Part shown: positions 58,812-64,000 of the stretch, in pieces
Layout of the letters: each line of letters opens with the position of its first letter
How positions within the stretch are numbered: position 1 is the first letter of the stretch
NCBI GenBank assembly: GCA_017654855.1
Contig: CM030332.1
Location: 4,278,001 to 4,342,000 of the forward strand
DNA length: 64,000 nucleotides
DNA from: Podospora anserina
Taxonomy: Eukaryota
Direction: 5' to 3'
The notes under the pieces: model-generated
Told to the model about the DNA's origin: nothing
The model's database searches: none
What the model saw: the letters and a program-made list of their open reading frames with translations, nothing else
Position numbers and translations under genes: made by a program

Positions 58812-60798
58812 CTAAGCAGGCGCGGTGAAGGCAGCAGGTGGCAAATTGGCCCGTTGCTCCTCAAAAGACTGGAGAGCAAGATCAAAGTTCCAATTGGCTG
58901 TGCCGGACAGACAAAGCTCCGAATACTGGGCGTTCATGCCGGTGCGCCTCGCCAGCTCTTGGATAAGCTGGACCCTGGTGGCATCGTCGATGACAGGCAC
59001 CGCAGCCACGACCGGAGCGACGGGAGCAATAGGCGCAGCGGGGGCACCGGTGGTTACTGGAACAGAAGCGGCTCCGGCAGCCCGCGGCGTCCATTTGTGG
59101 ATAGTGAGCTGGTCACTGAGAACCCGGTAGGGGTGAGGGGCGCCTGGTTTGCTGGGCCCGAGGATGAAAGAGCGGGAAAAGGTACGAGTGCCATAAAGCT
59201 CCTCGGTCGTATCAGCTTCTTCAAATTGCCCGTGGACGTTAATCATCAAGCCCATCGCGAAGCCGTGTCCCGAGGGGTCCGCCAAGTGGGGGAACGTATG
59301 GCAGTCGATAATCCACAGTTCGGGCTGGTCCAGAGTGGCATGACGAGTGGCCGGCAGCGACTTCCACATCTCTGCAATGAGCGAGGCGCCGGTGAAGAGA
59401 CGCTGGACGACTGCTGGGTTTCGGCTCCCTCCAAGCTTTTGAATGTTTCGGGAGTATTTCATGTAGGGTTTCCACTCAACGTCACGGCCGGGTTCAGGTG
59501 TGGCAGAGAGCGAGGCCACGGACTCGGCATCGTAAAATTGCGCAGCCAAGGCCGGTCGGTCGTGGTCGTAAAGCTGGAAGAAGGACCGCAGAAAGATGCT
59601 GGCAACGTTGTTCTCGCCGTCGCGGAGATTAGAGGGCAGCTGGGCCAACGGCTGTGGAGTCATCGCCTTCAAGGCCTCAGCAGCCTCCTGCGGACTCCGG
59701 ACAATGTTTCCATCCAGGATTTGCAGGCAAGGGAACCATTGGGTGATCTGCACGGCGTAATCGGCAACGCCGGTGACAGGGTTTCCGACCAGGTAAAGCT
59801 CTTCTAGATAACGGAACTCCTGCTTCCATTTGGCAATTGAAGAGAAGGTCGCGAGCCGATTGTTGCTTAGGTCGAGCCGACGCAAGTGTGGCAGCGAATA
59901 GGCTAGTGTAAACACCTGGTCGACGTCCGAGATCTCGTTACGAGCAAGGGAAACTGACTGGATGCCTTGCCTTTTCTCCTCAGCGGTCTTGAATTGCTCG
60001 CCAGCGACATGAATGATGGCCCTGAACGACTTTTCAGCTAGTGATTGGGAACCGACTGCGCCGAGATTTCCAAGGATGTCGTCTGTTCCGAGCGCTGACA
60101 GATCAAGAAGTTTCTGCTCAGCATTGTATCGCTTCGCCAACAACGCAAGAAGCTTCTGTCGGGTGTCTGCAGCGTCTTTTGAGAACTTGGTGCCAGTAGG
60201 GAATGGCTCAGTGGTTTCCTCGATGGTGATGGGAGCACCGGCGTACTGGTACCCGTTGAGGTGCATAATGCTAGACACGTCGTCCTTGTTGGCTTTGACC
60301 CAGACGTAGTCGCCATCTAGCACACCCTGGTGTATGTTAATATATGATTAAATTCAAGAAGAAAAAAACGGGACAACATACTCTTCCCAAGACGATCTTC
60401 TTATCCTTATCAGCCTTGCGCTCAATGAATTGGAGAAGTCCCTTGACACCGCCATCGGAATTCGACGCGGCCTTGCTATTCTTGACACCCAGGATCTTGA
60501 GGGTGGTTTTGGCGTGCTTGGATCCACCTTCGCCGATGTAGTTCTTGAGGTTCTGAGCCAGACGCGAAGATGTTCTAGAACCCCTCGCAGGCGCTCCTCT
60601 CGCAGCTCCTCTGCCGCGAGTTCCCCTGCCGGACGGTCCAGTTGGTGGATTGGAACCTGAGATCGGCGCGCCCATGGAAACATCTCCATCACGATCGGTT
60701 CTGGTGGCAGCTCGATGTTTAGCGACTCCGCCACGGGAAGCTCGAGCTGTTGGCTTGCGATTATTGCTGCCGCCGCGAGGACCAGTAGGAGGGGCCAT
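58812..60798 (-). CDS. MEX67: mRNA export factor Mex67/NXF1; exons 60798-60382, 60326-58812
   Basis: RGG-rich N-terminus, LRR (LRRLDLSNNRL, LEELYLVGNP), NTF2-like domain (INVHGQFEE…RTFSRSFIL…VLSDQL) and TAP-C/UBA (TGMNAQYSELCL…WNFDLAL…LPPAAF). Intron 60327-60381. Confidence 0.93.
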
Positions 60799-61634
60799 CG
60801 TGATTGGGATCGGAAGTTGCTTGAGAGTCGCGGAACTGATCTGCAACAGACACGAGTTTGGTCGTCTGCACAGCCCTGTAAGATAAAGTCGCTCGAGAGG
60901 AGAGCCAGAGGCGGAATCAGTGGCTCAGGTTTGGAATGGCTGGGAGTCGCCACAAGCGCGAAAAAAACACCTGCTAGGTGAGTGAATGTAGTAAGGTTGG
61001 CCGAATGTTGGCTCGGCTAACAAAGAGAGTAGAGAACCAATATCTCAGTTTTGGTGGTGCTGGTTGCGTCACAAAGAGAAGTAGGTGTTGTTGTGGTTGT
61101 TGTGGAGCTGGAACAAAAAGATGGATCGACTTTCAGTTGGCTGTGACTGCATACCTGCCACAAACCTTGCACCAAGTGGGGTTCTGCCTGAGCCAAGGGC
61201 CCACCGTTCCTGGATAGTCAACCAATCGTAGCTTTTGCCGATGCTCCCGTGCTGGGGTGGCTTGGCAAGTTTGCTCACGCATTGACACGTGATCTGGTGT
61301 ATCGTCGCGTCTTGAGTATGAACAATAGATCGCGTCTTCTTTGGAGACGATGCACGTCACTTCCAGGCCAGACAGGACCTTCAAGATGACATAAGAAACA
61401 AAACGGCAGACATTCCAAGCAATTCGGACACTTGTAGTCACAGCAATGGTCGGTTGGTTACCCTTCGATAGATCACCACACCTTCCACAGGTCAATCACA
61501 CCTCCCATAGGTCAATCGCAGACGGTCATTTGGCATTTCACGCACGCCTCAATTCACCCACCTCAGCTCACCTTCATCCCAGCTCACCCAACTCAATCCC
61601 TTTTTCTGAATACTTTTTGTAGCGATATAGCGCA

Positions 61635-64000
61635 ATGGATGATGAGTTTGACGAGACCTTTGATTTTGATGACGACTTGATCGCACTCACTCAGGTCGCC
61701 GAAGCCGAAGCGGCCGCGGCAGCAAATTCCACTGCTCACAGGCCTCAAGAGTCTGCTGTCAGAACGCCAGGAACTCCTCCTTCAGTACCTGCAGCAGCCC
61801 GGGTAAATACGGCAGCTGCAATCTCGGAATTCGACGATTTGCCATCAGATGCATTCGACAGTTCCCCACAGCCACCAAACAACCAGAAGCGGCCGAGTCA
61901 AGTGCCACCTCCAAGAGCTACTCCTATATCCCAAGGACAAGGACAAGGCTTCCGGCAAACAACACTCTGGGGAGGCACTGCGCGGCAGGGCAGCATTCGG
62001 CCATCACAGGTGACTAAGAGTCGCCCATTTCGCGCTGACCTGCCCCCAGAGATACCCACTCATCATGAACTCAATGACTGTGAGCTTTCAACATGGGTCT
62101 ATCCGTTGAACTTGGGCCCAATTCGAGACTACCAGTTTACCATTGTCAACAGTGCTCTGTTCAACAACACACTTGTGGCTCTGCCCACCGGTCTGGGCAA
62201 AACTTTCATCGCCGCCACGGTTATGCTCAATTTCTATCGATGGACCAAACGAGGGAAAATCGTATTCGTCGCACCCACCAAACCCTTGGCATCCCAGCAG
62301 GTCAAGGCTTGTCTCGACGTTGCGGGCATCCCACGGTCCGAGGCAACACTCCTAACAGGAGAGACGGCTCCGGCTTTACGTGAGGCTGAATGGGAGACCA
62401 AGCGGCTATTTTTTATGACGCCGCAAACACTTCAAAATGATTTGTCTAAAGGCTACGCAGATCCAAAGTCGGTTGTTCTTCTGGTAGTCGATGAAGCCCA
62501 TCGAGCCACAGGCGACTACGCCTACGTGAAAGTAATAGAATTCCTCCGCCGATTCTCACAGAGTTTCAGGGTTCTTGCACTTACGGCAACTCCCGGATCC
62601 TCCGTGGAAGGCGTCCAAAATGTCATTGATAATCTCGGTATCTCCCACATCGAAATCAGAACAGAAGAGTCTTTGGATATTCGACAATACGTTCACTCGA
62701 GAGACACCAACACTATTATACTCGACCCATCCGACGAGATGATGGAAGTGAGAGGCCTCTTTTCCAAAGCCCTCCAGCCTCTGGTCGACAAGTTGAGCGC
62801 CCAGAATATTTACTTTGGAAGGGATCCCATGAGTCTGACTACCTATGGCCTGATGAAATCGAGAAGTGACTGGCTTGCCGGAGCTGGCAGACACGCAAAC
62901 CAGGGATTAAAGTTTGCCATGTTCGCCGTGTTCAGCATTCTTCAGAGCCTGGCGCACTCGATAAAGTTGTTAAATTTCCACGGGATCAAGCCATTTTATC
63001 ACAACCTGTTGGAGTTTCGCAATTCGGAGGAGGAAAAGGGGGGAAAGGGTTCCAGCATGAGGCGGCAGGTCATCAATGACGAAAGCTTCAAAAAGATGAT
63101 GACCATGATCGAGAAATGGATGAAATTGGACGGCTTCAGTGGGCATCCCAAGCTGGATTGTCTCTGCGAGACTCTTATGCATCACTTTATGGATGCCGGG
63201 GAAGGGTCCAGCACAAGAGTCATCGTCTTCAGCGAGTATCGGGACAGCGCCGAGGAGATTGTGCGAGTTTTAAACAGCAAGCCTTTGATCAGCGCCACAG
63301 TCTTTGTGGGTCAAGCAGATTCCAAGAGAAGTGAAGGTATGAAGCAAAAGCAGCAGATTGAAACGATTGAGAAGTTCAAGAACGGCCAGTACAATGTTCT
63401 CGTCGCCACATCCATCGGCGAAGAAGGTCTCGACATTGGCCAAGTTGATCTTATCGTCTGTTATGACGCGTCATCCTCTCCGATCCGCATGTTGCAGCGA
63501 ATGGGACGCACGGGGAGAAAGAGAGCAGGCAAAATTGTGCTTCTCTTGATGAAGGGAAAGGAACAGGAGAAGTTTTTGGAGGCGAAGGACAACTACGCAA
63601 GAATGCAGCAGCTCATCTGTGATGGCGATAGTTTCAACTTCCGGCATGACCTATCTACGCGAATTATCCCAAGAGATATAAAGCCAGAAGTTGATAAGCG
63701 CATGGTGGAGATACCGATTGAGAACACACAGGATCCCTCCCTGCCTGAGCCTAAGAAAGCAGGAGCGCGGAAGAAAGCATCGAAGAAAAAGTTCAACATG
63801 CCCGATGGTGTAGAGACTGGGTTCGTCAAGGCATCCGATTTCTTTGGGAAAGCAGCTGCCAAAAAAACAGCACCACCCAAACCGGTCGAGCCGCAGGAGA
63901 CTGACGAGATCGCGGAACCACCTCCTCTTGGAAAGGTCGTTTTGAGCAAAGCGCAGATCGAGGAATTGGACAGACGGTATCGGAGTCTGCCAGGAAACGC
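61635..64000 (+). CDS. MPH1: ATP-dependent DEAH-box DNA helicase Mph1/FANCM (5' part; runs off the window end)
   Basis: Absent from the ORF track because there is no stop in the window. Hand translation from ATG 61635 gives IRDYQF…[57 protein letters not shown] and [10 protein letters not shown]. Confidence 0.94.
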   Translation, partial: MDDEFDETFDFDDDLIALTQVAEAEAAAAANSTAHRPQESAVRTPGTPPSVPAAARVNTAAAISEFDDLPSDAFDSSPQPPNNQKRPSQVPPPRATPISQGQGQGFRQTTLWGGTARQGSIRPSQVTKSRPFRADLPPEIPTHHELNDCELSTWVYPLNLGPIRDYQFTIVNSALFNNTLVALPTGLGKTFIAATVMLNFYRWTKRGKIVFVAPTKPLASQQVKACLDVAGIPRSEATLLTGETAPALREAEWETKRLFFMTPQTLQNDLSKGYADPKSVVLLVVDEAHRATGDYAYVKVIEFLRRFSQSFRVLALTATPGSSVEGVQNVIDNLGISHIEIRTEESLDIRQYVHSRDTNTIILDPSDEMMEVRGLFSKALQPLVDKLSAQNIYFGRDPMSLTTYGLMKSRSDWLAGAGRHANQGLKFAMFAVFSILQSLAHSIKLLNFHGIKPFYHNLLEFRNSEEEKGGKGSSMRRQVINDESFKKMMTMIEKWMKLDGFSGHPKLDCLCETLMHHFMDAGEGSSTRVIVFSEYRDSAEEIVRVLNSKPLISATVFVGQADSKRSEGMKQKQQIETIEKFKNGQYNVLVATSIGEEGLDIGQVDLIVCYDASSSPIRMLQRMGRTGRKRAGKIVLLLMKGKEQEKFLEAKDNYARMQQLICDGDSFNFRHDLSTRIIPRDIKPEVDKRMVEIPIENTQDPSLPEPKKAGARKKASKKKFNMPDGVETGFVKASDFFGKAAAKKTAPPKPVEPQETDEIAEPPPLGKVVLSKAQIEELDRRYRSLPGN

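Noticed and set aside
1355..60798. Stop-codon readthrough (TGA-CTA, cryptic PTS1) or A-to-I-correctable premature stops
   Set aside because: The stop contexts I inspected show no TGA-CTA or SKL-type extension, and all ORF breaks are explained by ordinary introns.

Overview
A 64-kb euchromatic segment of a filamentous ascomycete. Intron signals, RIP-like AT-rich DNA and gene content suggest Sordariales, probably Podospora-like (inference). I read 16 protein-coding genes: TRM5, an AlkB/ALKBH2-3-like dioxygenase, NUS1, SEC10, cyt-4/DSS1, a GH17 BtgE/Scw11-like glucanase, a Sel1-repeat chitin synthase activator head-to-head with a class IV chitin synthase, a WD40 protein, a Sut1-like sugar permease, HIS1, SRC1/HEH1, an unusually long HSP20 protein, nuc-1/PHO4, a Kelch-like single-pass membrane protein, MEX67, and the 5' part of MPH1/FANCM. 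A ~1-kb RIP-degraded repeat containing a nested 371-bp solo LTR lies between NUS1 and SEC10. I found no convincing rRNA, tRNA or CRISPR feature, and no single unambiguous new system. The best leads are post-transcriptional: (1) a SRC1 intron whose double donor and double acceptor could give long and short isoforms as in yeast; (2) four Ssd1/GUL-1-type motifs in the glucanase leader inside a cell-wall gene cluster; (3) a solo LTR carrying an array of inverted GATA repeats; (4) several in-frame stop-free introns and alternative N-termini; (5) an Hsp42-like small heat-shock protein. Exon boundaries were read by eye and need RNA-seq confirmation.
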